A stretch of DNA of 64,000 nucleotides from Octopus sinensis (GCF_006345805.1 NC_042998.1:68572001-68636000); one strand, 5' to 3'; numbered from the stretch's first letter, positions 37,514-50,992 are shown. The notes: a model not told the origin generated them from the letters alone. Numbers and translations are program-made.

Positions 37514-38776
37514 TTGGGTCATCCCATAAATAATATGATTTTTCAATACTTCGTTTATTTTTCAAAATAAAGATAAAGCTGTTGTTTTTCTTTTAATCTA
37601 AAATATACTCTCTTTTATTTTTTACAATGCTCTTCCATCTATCTGGTAGACTTGCAAGGCCCCTCTTCCAAAATTCACTTGTTCGTGACGAAAAATACTC
37701 CTCCAGTACTGCTCCCACTTCGTCTATAGAATTCATAATTTTTCTGTCCAAATGATTTTGAAGACAGCGGAATAAATGATAATCAGATGGGGCAATGTCC
37801 GGTGAATATGATGGACGTGATATCATTTCCCATTCAAACTGCTCCGGCCTTTGGAATGTCATCTTCGCCGTATGTGGCCGAGCATTATGCTGATGGAAGA
37901 ATACCTTTTGTCTTGAAATCAAAGATGGTTGTTTTTTCTTCTAGCGCTGACTTAAACCGCTCAAGCTGCTCGCAGTAGATCCCCTTGCTTAACGTTTGGT
38001 TTGGGTTTAAAAGTTCAAAGTGGACTAAACCTTTCATATCCCATCAAACAGATAACAACACCTTACGTGGGTGAAGACTTTCTTTAGCCTGTGTGCCGGT
38101 GCTTCTCATTTCCCTACCCACGGTCTTCAGCGCTTGACATTTTTGTAGAGAACCCATTTCTCGTCACCAGTCCCTATTCGATCCCAAAAAAGGTTCATTC
38201 GTGACGTGTGGCAGCGAAGAAGATTAGACTCAGAAAGTTTGTGAGGAACCCATTGACCTAATTTGCTGACTTTTTTCTGATGGCACGCAGGTGTCAATGA
38301 ATGGTTGAATGACCAAATCCAAGCTTCTCTTCCTCAACAATTACGATAGGATTTTGTTCCACCAGTGTTTGCAGGATGGCCGCACCGAGGTCTACAGATC
38401 TTCCAGGACGAGGTCTATCTTCTAGGCTGTAGTTTCTCGCTCGTAATTTCTGGAACCACCGTTGACACTGGCTTAGGCTTATTGTCCGATTCCCATATAT
38501 TGCATTAATATTCCTCGCACTTTCCGTTGCGTTGTTGCTTTTATTGAACTCATAAAGCAAAATATGCCGAATATGCTCCTTTGTCGCTTCCATTATAACT
38601 TTGAAACCATAACTGTTAAAATCGAACTACACTCTTCAAAACTTGCACTAAGAATAAGTATAAAGTAAAATTACTACCTGCTTTATAGCAAGTTGATGCA
38701 GGTAGTTTATCCCGTTCCTCTCCGACTTTTAGATCATGCTATTGAAAACAACCGCATTATTTATGGGATGACCCAA
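37514..38776 (-). mobile_element. Full-length inactive mariner (DD34D), 1263 bp
   Basis: 21-bp perfect TIR ttgggtcatcccataaataat; TA on both flanks. Broken ORF 38593-37593 with an HTH start, WVPHKLSE, TGDEKW, HQHNARPH (second catalytic D mutated to H) and SPDIAPSDYHLF. Confidence 0.97.
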
Positions 38777-39138
38777 TATATATATATATACGCACACACA
38801 CATATATATATATATGTATATTTATATTGTATGTATGTAAGTATACATTAAATATAGATATCAATTCATTAATTTGTGCTCCCTTGTATATAAGCATATA
38901 TGTGTGTGTAAATGTGAATGTGTGAGTGCGTGCGCGTGCGTGTGAGCGCGCACGTTCTTGAAAGATAATACGTTAGTACTATATTTTCTATTAGGATTAA
39001 TTAAAATCTTGCTCGAGGTTAACAGATTTTCTGATTAAGTTCAGTATCTCTCCATTGCAGGTAGTTTATTAATCCGGCCATAGAACTTATATGAAGACCT
39101 TCATGAATATGTACGTATGTATGTAATATATATGTATG

Positions 39139-39205
<67 letters not shown>

Positions 39206-40213
39206 TAAAAGGGAAGAAAAGAAAAAAAAATAAATAAAATAAAAAATAAAAAGAATAAAAAGAATAAAAAGAAAAAAAAGAAAAGGAAAAGGAACAAAAG
39301 AAAAGAGAAATGAAAAAAGAAGAAAAAAGGGGAAAAAAAGGGGAAGAGGAAAAAAAAACGATCAATAGGGATCGTGTATCACAGTGTTATGATATATGGT
39401 GTAAAGGGGAAAGCAAGTAAGGTTTATCCGTGGGAAGAAAAGCCTACGAAAAAGACCACGGTAACCTTGGTCAATATTGTTATATGTTACCACATTTGTT
39501 TGCAAGTGGGTAACCCTCTGTTTTCAATTTCTGGGTTCATAGGATTATGCTCAAGGTGGCTTCGTCATTCATACGTGCCATCCTTGCTACATTCACCCAT
39601 CTTTTTTTAAAACATTCGCTAGACAAAACTTGCCTCTCTACTCTCACTTTCCTTTTCAAGTGGTACTTGAAGAAGTTGATGAGAGATTGACCAGAGAGGA
39701 AAGTGTTTGTCTCCAATCCTTTCAGACGCGTCCACCAGATACATTCTTTCGCCATAGCCCCAAGGATGAGGAAAATAGCTCTTCCTTCCCGTTTGAAGGA
39801 AGGAGGCGTGACAATATTGACGATATACTCAGCTGATAAACCGACTCGTCCCACACGTGACAGCAGTTGTTCGACATAAGCCCACAGGTCGGAAATTGTT
39901 GGACACTGCACGAGTGCGTGCAGAACGGTTTCGTCGCTCTGACCGCATCTCGGGCAGGTCGGCCTCAGGTTTCTCGAGCCGTGTCTGTAGAGCTTATCCC
40001 GAACGGGTAGCGCTTCTCGGTAGCGCTGCCAGGCCAGGAATCTCTGGAAGTTGTCCATGGGCCCTGGCCCGAAAGTCGTCCTGAACAGGCGGGTCAGGTA
40101 CTCCTCGTCGACGTCCAGGTTCGCCCCGAGCTCGTCGTCGTACCGCCCCTCCACTAATCCCCTATAGAATGCTTTGGTTGTGTTGAAGTCACTCAAGGTC
40201 GACCCAGGACGGC

Positions 40214-40217
<4 letters not shown>
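39206..40217 (-). mobile_element. Tx1 LINE 3' fragment (~1 kb) in (GATA)n
   Basis: PTCPRCGQSDETVLHALVQCP...MNDEATLSIIL*; GATA arrays at 39140-39205 and 40215-40378. Confidence 0.95.
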
Positions 40218-40291
<74 letters not shown>

Positions 40292-40294
40292 TTG

Positions 40295-40378
<84 letters not shown>

Positions 40379-40587
40379 CACACAGACACACACACAAATG
40401 TGTTACCAATTCAAATATGCTTGTAGCATATTCGAACCAGTAAGAATGTCATTCACTGAATTTTGCCATAGGGAAAATTTCTCGCAGTAGATACATAGGT
40501 ATAAATACACCGAATCAGCTTACAGCGCCCCCTAACCAGAGTGGTCATCTCCTTGAACTTGTAACAAATTTGTACTTATATATATAG

Positions 40588-40803
40588 CCTTTGACTATCG
40601 CGGGTGTTACATTCCAAACCCCACCGCGACAGGTGAAAATCCGCGATGTAGAAACAGAACTGTAGTGTATATTTTTAATTATTACTTTTATAATTTGTAT
40701 ATATTTATTTTATCATAAATGCAAAACAACACCACAGAGAAATCGACGTAAGTTTAAATATTAAACCACGATAGGTGAACCGCGATATAGCGAGGGATTA
40801 CAG
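40588..40803. mobile_element. Tigger/pogo-type MITE
   Basis: Right end cgcgatatagcgagggattacag|ta; degenerate left end gactatcgcgggtgttac. Confidence 0.6.
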
Positions 40804-41342
40804 TATATATATATATATATTAACCTTGAAGCCGCGCTTCGGGCGGTATTCAGACTAGCTCCTGCGGAGTGCACCTTTAAGGCCTTCGGCCCAACAATAG
40901 GGCTGCGTCGAAACTTATTTCTGCAAATGTGCTGAGCACTGATGCTGATCATAGTTTAATCAATAAACGTTGGAGGTAAATGCAGTAAAAATAGTGAGGG
41001 AATAGCAGGGGCCCTTCAGAAATTGATTCTCCTTACGAGACTTCCTGAGAGTTCATTGTATTAAATTCATATGTCATTACTCCGATTTGATCGCCAGTGC
41101 TTTGTATTAGTTTAAAATGCAGTAAAAATAGTGGGGTCAATGGGATCCCAATTAAGCGGCCTTTGAAAAAATAGACCTCCCCTTAGGCCATTACTGGGAT
41201 TAGGGGGAGTTGCTGGTTTCAGTTTCGTTGTCCTTGCTTCTACGGTCTAGGAGGAGTTAACGAAAATAAAAACGTAAGAAACGGACATAGAAATATCACT
41301 CAAATTTATAATAGGATATACATACATACATACATGCATACA

Positions 41343-41375
<33 letters not shown>

Positions 41376-41384
41376 TCTTTTATT

Positions 41385-41596
41385 CTTTTACTTGCTTCAG
41401 TCATTTTGATTGTGGCCATGCTGGAGCACCATCTTTTAGTCGAAGAAATCGACATTTAAACTTATTCTTTGTAAGCCTGGTACTTATTCGATCTGCCACT
41501 TTTGCCGAACCGCTAAGTTTCGGAGACCTAAAACACCAACATCGGTTGTCAAGCGATGGTTGGGGATGGGGCTCAAAAACAGACACAAACTCACAA

Positions 41597-41629
<33 letters not shown>

Positions 41630-41812
41630 TCTATATATATTATATACATATATACATATACGACGGGCTTCTTCCATTTCCGTCTACCAAGTTTACTATA
41701 TATAGCTCTTGTCGGCCCGATATATAGTAGAAGATATCACTTGTCCAAGGTGGCACGCAGTGAAACTGAACCCGGAACCATGTTTAAGATACTTCTTAGC
41801 ACACAACCACGC
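41385..41812 (-). mobile_element. SINE-B, near complete
   Basis: Tail, internal (TA)n and head motifs. Confidence 0.88.
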
Positions 41813-41855
41813 AAATTATATATATATATATATAGATATATATATAGTATGTATG

Positions 41856-41922
<67 letters not shown>

Positions 41923-42011
41923 TATGTATGTATGTATATGTATATGTATATATACATATAATGTATATGTATATATTATATATATATATCTTAAATATAT
42001 ATATATATATA

Positions 42012-42068
<57 letters not shown>

Positions 42069-42159
42069 TATATATATAAGGAGAGAGAGAGAGAGAGAGG
42101 GCAGACAGACAGAGACAGACAGACAGGTTAATTTTTATTATTTGATAGCAGTTTGATGC

Positions 42160-42281
42160 GGCTCGTTTCCGAAAGAATGAAAGGCAAAGGTGACCCCGGC
42201 AGTATCTGAACTCGGAAGACGGACGAAATGCCGCTAAGCATTTTTCCCGCTGTGCTAACCGTTCTGCCAGCTCGCCGCCTT
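42160..42281 (-). mobile_element. SINE-A 5' part
   Basis: ctgccagctcgccgcctt; gaaaggcaaagg. Confidence 0.85.
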
Positions 42282-42434
42282 AAACTGTAATTAAACAATA
42301 CTAAATAAGTCCTACCAAATTTGTTGGGTACTGCTTCCTTTCGGATATTAATTTGTACCTATATCTAGGGATACATACATGCATACACACATACACCCAT
42401 AGGTCTACACTTACAAAACAAACATGTCTTAAAA

Positions 42435-42463
42435 GCCGGCCGATTGGGCGGCTTTTAAGCTAG
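42435..42463 (+). mobile_element. Helitron-like 3' terminus
   Basis: GC hairpin gccggccgattgggcggc, 7-nt spacer, CTAG|T. 5' end not located. Confidence 0.5.
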
Positions 42464-42469
42464 TATATT

Positions 42470-42503
<34 letters not shown>

Positions 42504-42509
42504 TATATA

Positions 42510-42553
<44 letters not shown>

Positions 42554-42769
42554 TGTGTGTATACAGGTACATACAAACACACACATACATAATATATGCA
42601 TAGATGCTTACACGCGAACTCAAATATATGCTCACTTACCCACATATATACATTCATATGGCGAAGAGACAGGATCTTTGGAGCGTTGGGTAAAAGTGCC
42701 TTTCCATATTTGCTCGCTCTCCGATCTGAGTTCAAATTCCACCGAAATCATAACTACCTTTCTCTCTTA

Positions 42770-44300
42770 CTGAATTCGTTAGAAAACGACCAATCCAAGG
42801 TGAAGTATTGGTGGAATGCCAAGAACTGGAACAAGAAGTTACGGTGTGTCTTCTTGTTTTTTACACTCTGACAGCAACACCCGTGACGGCACTGGGTCCA
42901 CGGTGTGTCGGTTGTCTTACTACTGGACACTTTGGTGAAGGTGTAGAGAAGGAGAGACTTACATACTTGGGTAACTGTTGGTATTTCAATAGCAAACCTT
43001 GTCCATGCCTGCATCGAGGGGAAGTCCTCACTTTAAAGTCACGTGACTTCGCGCTCAGTGCCATAGTACGACACTTTGTTAATGAAATATCTTGTATGGT
43101 GTTTGCCATTTTCTCCAGAGATAAAACGGCCATGGCATCTAGTCACATGACCAAACCACTTAACACTTGATTTCCTGCCTTTTGACAACTGGCAGAAAAA
43201 TTCGTTGGTTTGCAATTTCCTCAACAATTTCTTTCTTAACAATGTGGTTTGACCCATGTTATATACATGAAATTCGAATCACCTTCCTACATTTTATTTC
43301 AAAAAGCAATCATCTTTTTTTTTTCCATTCCTTTTCAACATCTCACGTTCATCATTTGCAACTATAAAAATGCAGTTAAAGCCACAATAGTCCTTTAAAA
43401 AACTGTTTTTATTGCAGCAATATTTTTCTAAACAGGATCTAATTTTGCTAAAGCCACAGAAGTTGCTATCGACCAGCATTGCATTATATTTCCTTCTTTA
43501 ATCTCACAAATTCATTAATATGCTTCCCAAATATTTAAATTCACCAACTGTTGTGCGTCTTCAATTGGACTATTTCCTTGTTTTTAATTTGTTCTCATTA
43601 ATTTGCTTATTTCCATTCCGTATCTTTTTGCACCCGCATCATCATGTTGTTAATTAGTCAAATCCTTATGTGAGTTTTATCAATTCAATATCATTGGCAA
43701 AACGGAGATTACCAACTTCCATCATATATCCACCTCTAACATTTCATTAAAAAAACAAAAAAAATATAAACAGAAAGGCTTCCGTCATTTTGTTTTCTAG
43801 AAACACCCTGAAAGGAAATAACACACCCTTGTCTAACACCAACTTTTGTTTTTAAACCAGTTACTTGGTGACTTTCCAACCAAAACCAGACATTTTGCAT
43901 GTTCATACAATAACTTTATAACTTTTACTATTTCTCAGCTGATAATGTTTTTAGTTTTTTTTTCCATAAAAATCTATAATGCCCCATGCCATGGTCAAAA
44001 GCTTTTTAAAAGTCAATGGGGTTGTGATAATAGTTTGACCAGTATTCCAAGTAGTTTTCTGCTAGAATAGAAATGTTAGAGAACTACTCAATACCGATTC
44101 TCCTACTTCTTGGAAACCAGCCGATATTTCACCATCATTTTTATTGTTGGTTTCGTACGAGGAAAGCCATCATTGGATGGCTAATTGAACTAATTGTGTG
44201 GAGCTATATTAGCACTTTTATGGTGTTTCCCCTTGCTTGGCAATAGTATAACAATCGATTCTGTCCATTCAACGACCCTTTCTCCAGTATTTTAAAATAC
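42770..44300 (-). pseudogene. Decayed RTE-clade LINE (RT and C-terminus)
   Basis: Frameshifted DDAG, VNxFKYLGS, ATSVALAKLDP, IAFEIKCRK and KWFGHVTR motifs in RTE order. Confidence 0.75.
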
Positions 44301-44494
44301 TATTAAATACTTTACAAAGTAACTTAGGGACATATTCAGCTTCCTATATTTAACAGGTTTACATTTATGTTATCTGATTCATATAATTTATTACATTATA
44401 TAGGTTCCTAAACCTTGGGTTGTGAGATTAATTCGTTCATTTTTTCCATTTATTTTAATTCTTATTTTTTATCAATAATTTTAACAGGTCACTC

Positions 44495-44590
44495 AATAAT
44501 ATATTCTCCTTCGTTCTTCTCAGCTTCTTGCCAATGTTCCACTAGCTTTTCAATACCTTGACAGTAGAAATCGCTGGATCTTGGGAAGAA
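44495..44590 (-). pseudogene. Mariner transposase C-terminal fragment
   Basis: SSDFYCQGIEKLVEHWQEAEKNEGEYI. Confidence 0.65.
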
Positions 44591-44652
44591 ATGAACGAAT
44601 AATATTCGAAGGAAATGAACGAATTTATCTGACGAGCAAAGTTCACTAATTG

Positions 44653-44942
44653 CTTACATGGATTAATGGTTAAGGTATTTGGCTCACAATCGTAAGGTTA
44701 TAAGTTCGATACCCGGTGGCGTGATGTGTCTCCTGAGCAAAACACTTTATTTCACGTTGCTCCAGTGAACTCAGCTGGCAAAAATGGGTTGCACATTTAT
44801 TTCAAAGGGCCAGATTTGTCGCAATTTGTGTCATGCTGAATCTCCTTCAGGACTTTATTAAGTAGTCTTTATGGCTCAACCACATTCACGTTAATTTCAA
44901 GAGCAGGCTGTTCCATTGACTGAATCAACTGGAACCCTCTGT
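44653..44942 (+). mobile_element. SINE family D, diverged
   Basis: taagttcgatacccgg...ctgagcaaaacactttatttcacgttgctccagtgaactcagctggc. Confidence 0.85.
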
Positions 44943-45126
44943 CCCCTGTTTATGGAGAAGAGCTTTGTTCGAAAAGTAAAACACACTTTCTTTCCTTCTC
45001 TGAGCGTCTGATTAATACTTTGTATGTACCACGTCCTCGCGTTGGTTTTTTCTAGTCTTTTTTTTCTCCGCTTTTTGTGTATGTGTGTGCATATATTATT
45101 TATGTATGTATGTATATATATATTAT

Positions 45127-45226
<100 letters not shown>

Positions 45227-45389
45227 TATACATACATACGTATAGATATTGTGAGAAACTGTGAAGGTATGATGCTACAGTGAATAATGTTTTCACAGCT
45301 ATTGTGTAATTATTTCGGTATTATGCTGAAACGCGTGTATGCCCTATAAATTAAATACCATACCTGTTTTCTGATTATTACCATTATTA

Positions 45390-45457
<68 letters not shown>

Positions 45458-45497
45458 GTTGTTGTTGTTGTTGTTGTTGTTGTTATTATTATTATTA

Positions 45498-45590
<93 letters not shown>

Positions 45591-45591
<1 letters not shown>

Positions 45592-45872
45592 GAGTAGAGA
45601 GCAGTGCATGCCATCAACGTGACACTGGAGTAAAATATACGAAGCCCAGTATATCCATCATGACTACCCGTCTGATAAGGGTACACTAGGCACATGCATC
45701 ACAGCCATATGTGCGCGACATGGTGATCTCATATCAAGATAAACAGCACATAACCTTGCACGTGGGGCCCAGTTAGAATTTTCCTCTGGTCGAGTAACCC
45801 ATCCCGCTCAAAAGGTCCCTGAACAAGGGTTGTTTAAGGATGTTGAATGAAACACCCATGTTTCCTGAGGTG
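45591..45872 (-). mobile_element. Element E, truncated
   Basis: Retains the end at (TTA)n|tgagtagagagcag; lacks the other half. Confidence 0.9.
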
Positions 45873-46605
45873 AGTGAGTGGTGACCGCGTTCGTTTTGTG
45901 TTTCTAAATGTTTATCACATCGCAAGAAAAGTAGATGCATAAATCGAAAAAAAAGTTGATACATAAATACAAACATACATTGTTAGATTAGAACCGGGAG
46001 AATGGAGGGACGCGGAGGAGGTGAAAGAGAAAGAGAGAACGTGAGAGCGACAATAGATACATAGATCCAAAGAAAAGTTGATACGTAAATACGTAGACAC
46101 AGCAATATTAGATTTCACTTTCACTTTTCATTACCACACGAGGATAAAATTAACTCGTAAGTGGCTGAATACAGATGCATATCATTAACGTAGTTCTCAG
46201 GGAGATTCAGCCTCTCACAGAATATGACAAGGCTGGCCCCTTTGAATTACAGCTACAACTCATTTTGGCTAGCTGAGTGGACTCGAGCAGGATAGAGCAA
46301 GTGGTTGGAAGAAAACGAAAAAGATCTTATATAGGAACAGGAAAATCTTTTTAGTCGTTAGGGTCACTGTGGGCGTTAATTAGGTCCTAACAGCGGTATT
46401 TGTAAGTCTCACAGATCTGGAAGTCATGCCCCCAGATAAACACCGATGCACACGCTGTTGTTATCAAACTGAGCGTGAGTCGAGGGCGAATAGATGACGG
46501 AATAGCAATTATTTTGTCTTAGCTTTCACTTCTTATACTAAACACAAGATATTTTTGCCTTATGATATGAAACATTTCCTTTTCTTTCATTCATTTTTTT
46601 AAAAA

Positions 46606-46922
46606 TGACACTCCGTCGGTTACAACTACGAGGTTCCTGTGATCAACGGAACAGTCTGCTGGCAAAATTAACGCGCAAGTGGCTGAGTACTCCACAGATA
46701 TGCATACCATAACGTAGTTTTCAGGGAGATTCAACTTCACACAGAATGTGACAAGGCTGGCTCCTTTGAATTTCAGCTACAACTCATTTTTGCCAGCTAA
46801 ATGGACTGCAGCAAGATGAAGAAGAGTACCTTGCTCAAAACCGCAGCGCGCCGCAGGGTATCGTACTCATGACCATACGATCAGAGACCGAATACCCCTA
46901 CCCACTGATCCATGCACCTTCA
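46606..46922 (-). mobile_element. SINE family D (a further partial copy lies at ~46135-46295)
   Basis: gacactccgtcggttacaac...ttgctcaaaac...catgcacctt. Confidence 0.85.
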
Positions 46923-47439
46923 CTCTCTTAACCGTAGAGAAAAGGAGTGAAGCAATAGAAACAGAGAAAGAAAAGCCTCAGTCATTTATGATTACAAATA
47001 GACTGAAATACGATCAATCTTTTCTCGCTTCTTTACTTTTAACAATGGAGAAGAGGGAAAGACATTTAGTAATGAATAGAGGGAAAGTCTTTTAGGTGTT
47101 TATGCTTTTATTCTGTGAGTTTTAGAATGATCACGCGTTATTTCTCTCTTCTTTCCCCCAACCCGGTACTTATTCGCATTCTTTCATAGTTCTTCATGTC
47201 TTTTAATTGAGGTGGAGGTAGGGAGAAGATCATGTTTTTTTTCAGGCACGTTTAAAGTTTTCTCTACAAACTACAAACAAGCCCCCCCCACCAATGCTTT
47301 TTTTGTCATACAAAAACTAATGCAAATTTCGAACGGGGTATAGCTGTGAAAAGAGCCCAGAAAATTAAGTAATACCCCTTACAAAATAGGTGGGGGAGAA
47401 AATTTGCCAACAGGTGGCTACTCGAGATTCAACTCTATA

Positions 47440-47540
47440 CTTTAAAGAATGTCTTCTACTATAGCCTCGAGCCGACCAAAGTCTCATGAGTGAATTTGGT
47501 AGACGAAAACTGAATGAAGCCCGTCACATATGTGTGTAAG

Positions 47541-47599
<59 letters not shown>

Positions 47600-47822
47600 A
47601 GTATGTGTGTGTGTTTGTGTCTCTATTTGTCCCCTTCAACCATTATTTGACAACTGATGCTGGTGTGTTTGCGTCCTCATAACTTAGCTGTTCGGCAGAA
47701 GAGGCTGATAGAATAAGCACCAGGCTTACAGGGAATAAGTCCAGGGGTCGATTTCTTCGACTAAAGGGCGGTGCTCCAGCATGGCCACCGTCAAAAGACT
47801 GAAGCAAGTAAAAGAATTAAAG
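47440..47822 (+). mobile_element. SINE-B, 5'-clipped
   Basis: gtcttctactatagcctcgagccgacc, (GT)n, tail gtgctccagcatggcc...taaaagaa. Confidence 0.85.
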
Positions 47823-48095
47823 AATACCAGAACATTATGTACCACTAAATCAAGATGGTTCTTTGTATATGTATGATGTATTTTAAGGTTAAATAGTAAT
47901 ACCGTTTACGTTTGCGTAACTGAGATATTTTGGTTGGATTATATAATTATCGGTTTTACACTTCTTTCTATATTCTGTAACTGTCACAATATAGAAACAT
48001 TTCTCATGGCACCAGCACACAATTTACAGATGCTTACATTTTTTAATGTTTTCCGTGAACTTTTCACGGGTCCAGCTAGTGATTATTACTATTAC

Positions 48096-48176
<81 letters not shown>

Positions 48177-48177
<1 letters not shown>

Positions 48178-48320
48178 GAGTGAGAGAGCAGTACATGCCA
48201 TCAAAGTGACACTGGGGTAAAATATATGAAGTTCAGTATACCCATCATGATTACCCGTCTGATAAGGATACACAAGGAACATGCATCACAACCATATGTG
48301 CGCGACATGGTTATCTCATA
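48177..48320 (-). mobile_element. Element E, short truncated copy flanked by (TTA)n on both sides
   Basis: tgagtgagagagcagtac...ttatctcata|ttattattatt. Confidence 0.9.
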
Positions 48321-48416
48321 TTATTATTATTGTTGTTGTTGTTGTTGTTGTTGTTATCATTTTATGTTTTACTTTTGCTTTACATTTGTACAAGTTGGCT
48401 CGAATAATAAAATAAA

Positions 48417-48465
<49 letters not shown>

Positions 48466-48530
48466 TAATAATAATAATAATAATAATAATTATTATATAT
48501 TATTATTATTTTATTATTATTATTATTATT

Positions 48531-50464
48531 ACGTTTTTTTTCTTCTTTCAAATTTCTTCCATTTCTTGCCGAGTGTCTTCCCGACTCCTAGGGCAAAGAA
48601 AAACTCATAGTGTATATTGGTAGGCCATTAAACCAAACTCAGTAGTTCGTTCATTTTTTTTTTTTTTTTTTTTTTAAAGTTAAATTTAAATACATGAGCA
48701 GCAACAGTTCTCACATCGACAATGCTCTTCTCAATACGTGGATGTACCAGTTAAGACAATCTTTTGCACTTCTTGCAGGGATGGTAAGCCAGGGATCATT
48801 CTCATATAATTTTCGGTTCCCTTCTTGATCATTCCTAGTGCTCCTACGATCACTGGTATTGTAACCGCCTTGAGATGCCACATTTTCTCAATTTCAATGA
48901 GTAGGTCTTTATATTTTCTGAGCTTGTCAAACTCTTTCGCTGAGATATTATGATCACAGGGGATGCTCATGTCGATCAATAAGCAAACTTTATTGTTTTG
49001 GTCTTTCACAACAATATCTGGTTTATTGGCCTTGATGGTTCGGTCTGTATGTACTGGAAAGTCCCACAGAATGGTTACATTTTCTCCTTCAGTTACAGCC
49101 TCAGGGTGGTGATTATACCACTTGTCGGCAGTTTTGATATTGTAATGCCGGCTTATTAGCCAGTGGAGATATTGGCCAACTCTGTCATGTCTTAATTTAT
49201 ACTCCACTGGTGCTAAGACTTTACATCCAGAGATTAGGTGGTCCACTGTTTCAATCATGTCGTTGCAGAATCGGCATTTTGGGTCTGCTCCATTTTTCAT
49301 CACATTGGCCTGGTAGTTCCGGGTTAATAGGCTTTGGTCTTGACAGCCAGGATGAAACCTTCGCTCTCTGCTTTTAGCCCTGAGCTCCGCAGCCACTGAT
49401 GGGTTTGCTTCTGGTCAACATCAGCTTGTTTGCTGCGGGTCACATATTTGCCGTGCAGAGGTTTCTCCTCCCACCTATCAGCCAATTGCTCGTGCGCTTT
49501 TTTCATTGCCATGATTTTCACCCTTTTTTGCAACAATAGTTGCCGTACTTCCTCGGGTTGTTCAGTTTGGGTATCCTGCACGAGATCAATAGCAAATTTT
49601 TTGCTTTCCTTGATGATAGAATGAAGCTTCTTTCGTCTCTCGTGATTTTCCACGAGCTTTAGCATCCAGTCATTCGATATTTCGAGATATTTGGCCAGTC
49701 CAATTGTGGTTGTTTTGTAAGCTAGTTCAAATTGGATCAGGCCTCGACCTCCTTGGGCTCTGGGAAGGTAAAGGCGATCTACGTCTGCCTTTGGGTGGTG
49801 CATCCTATTACAACTCAGCAGCTTGCGTATTTTTCTATCTATATTCTTTACTTCACTCATACTCCAGTTCAACACATTGTAGCTATAAGTAACAACTGGA
49901 ACTGCTAAGGAATTTATAGCTAACACCTTGTTACGTGCATTTAGTTCAGATTTCAGGACTGCACGAACTCTCCTATAACATTCCTTCCTGATTTTCTCTT
50001 TCATGCTTGCATGCTGAATACCAGAGCCTTCATTTATCCCTAAATATTTGTATGTTGTTCTTGCTCAAGCTCTCTTATGACTGTGTCAACATCTAACACG
50101 ACTGAATTTGTGGTCTTCACTTTCCCTTTCTGGAAAGTGGCCTTGGCACACTTCTCAAGTCCAAACTCCATCCCGATGTCATCGCTGAATGCTTTCACGG
50201 TGCGCAATAGGCCTTCAAGTTCATTATTGTCTTTACCATAAAGTTTTAAGTCATCCATATAAAATAGATGGCTTATTTTTTTATTGGCAATTTTATACCC
50301 ATACCCTGTTCTGTTTAATTCACTTGTAAGGGGTATTAGGGCTATGCAGAATATTAAAGGTGAAAGTGAGTCACCTTGAAAAATTCCACAGTTGATGTTT
50401 ATATTTTCTGAGGCAAGTACTCCATTAGAGTGGTATAATTTGAGATTCGTATTCCACAACGACA

Positions 50465-50465
<1 letters not shown>
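48531..50465 (-). mobile_element. R4/Dong-clade LINE, 5'-truncated (RT C-half, CCHC, RLE), two frameshifts
   Basis: GIFQGDSLSPL, HLFYMDDLKLY, CRFC..DHLISGC, RHD, WDF..NKPDIVV..LIDMSIP..KYKDL; (TAA)n at both junctions. Confidence 0.96.
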
Positions 50466-50498
<33 letters not shown>

Positions 50499-50499
50499 A

Positions 50500-50539
<40 letters not shown>

Positions 50540-50547
50540 AATAATAA

Positions 50548-50911
50548 CTAGCAGTATCGCCCGGCGTTGCTCGGGTTTGTAAGGGAAATAACTATATAAG
50601 CATTTTTAGAGAGTTATAGCCCAAAAATAGCAAAAAAATGCATTAAAAATAGAAAAAAAAATTATGGTAATTTTTTAAAATCGTTGACTCATCGTAAACA
50701 TTTTAGAGAGTTACTTCCCTTATATAATAGCGAAAAAATGCATTAAAATCGAAAAAAATTATGGTAAATTTTTTTTTTAAATCGTAGACTCATTGTAGAA
50801 TCACGACTATAAGATACCCGGTTTTGGTTAAACTGCACCGCAAAATGTGGGAGTAGTTAGGAATCTAAATCGTAGGAGACAGACACACAACTTGACTTTT
50901 ATATATAAAGA
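50548..50911 (-). mobile_element. Non-autonomous Helitron (364 bp)
   Basis: Minus strand A|TCtttatatataaaa ... cccgagcaacgccggg hairpin ... CTAG|T; two internal ~97-bp tandem units. Confidence 0.88.
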
Positions 50912-50917
50912 TATTAA

Positions 50918-50991
<74 letters not shown>

Positions 50992-50992
50992 T

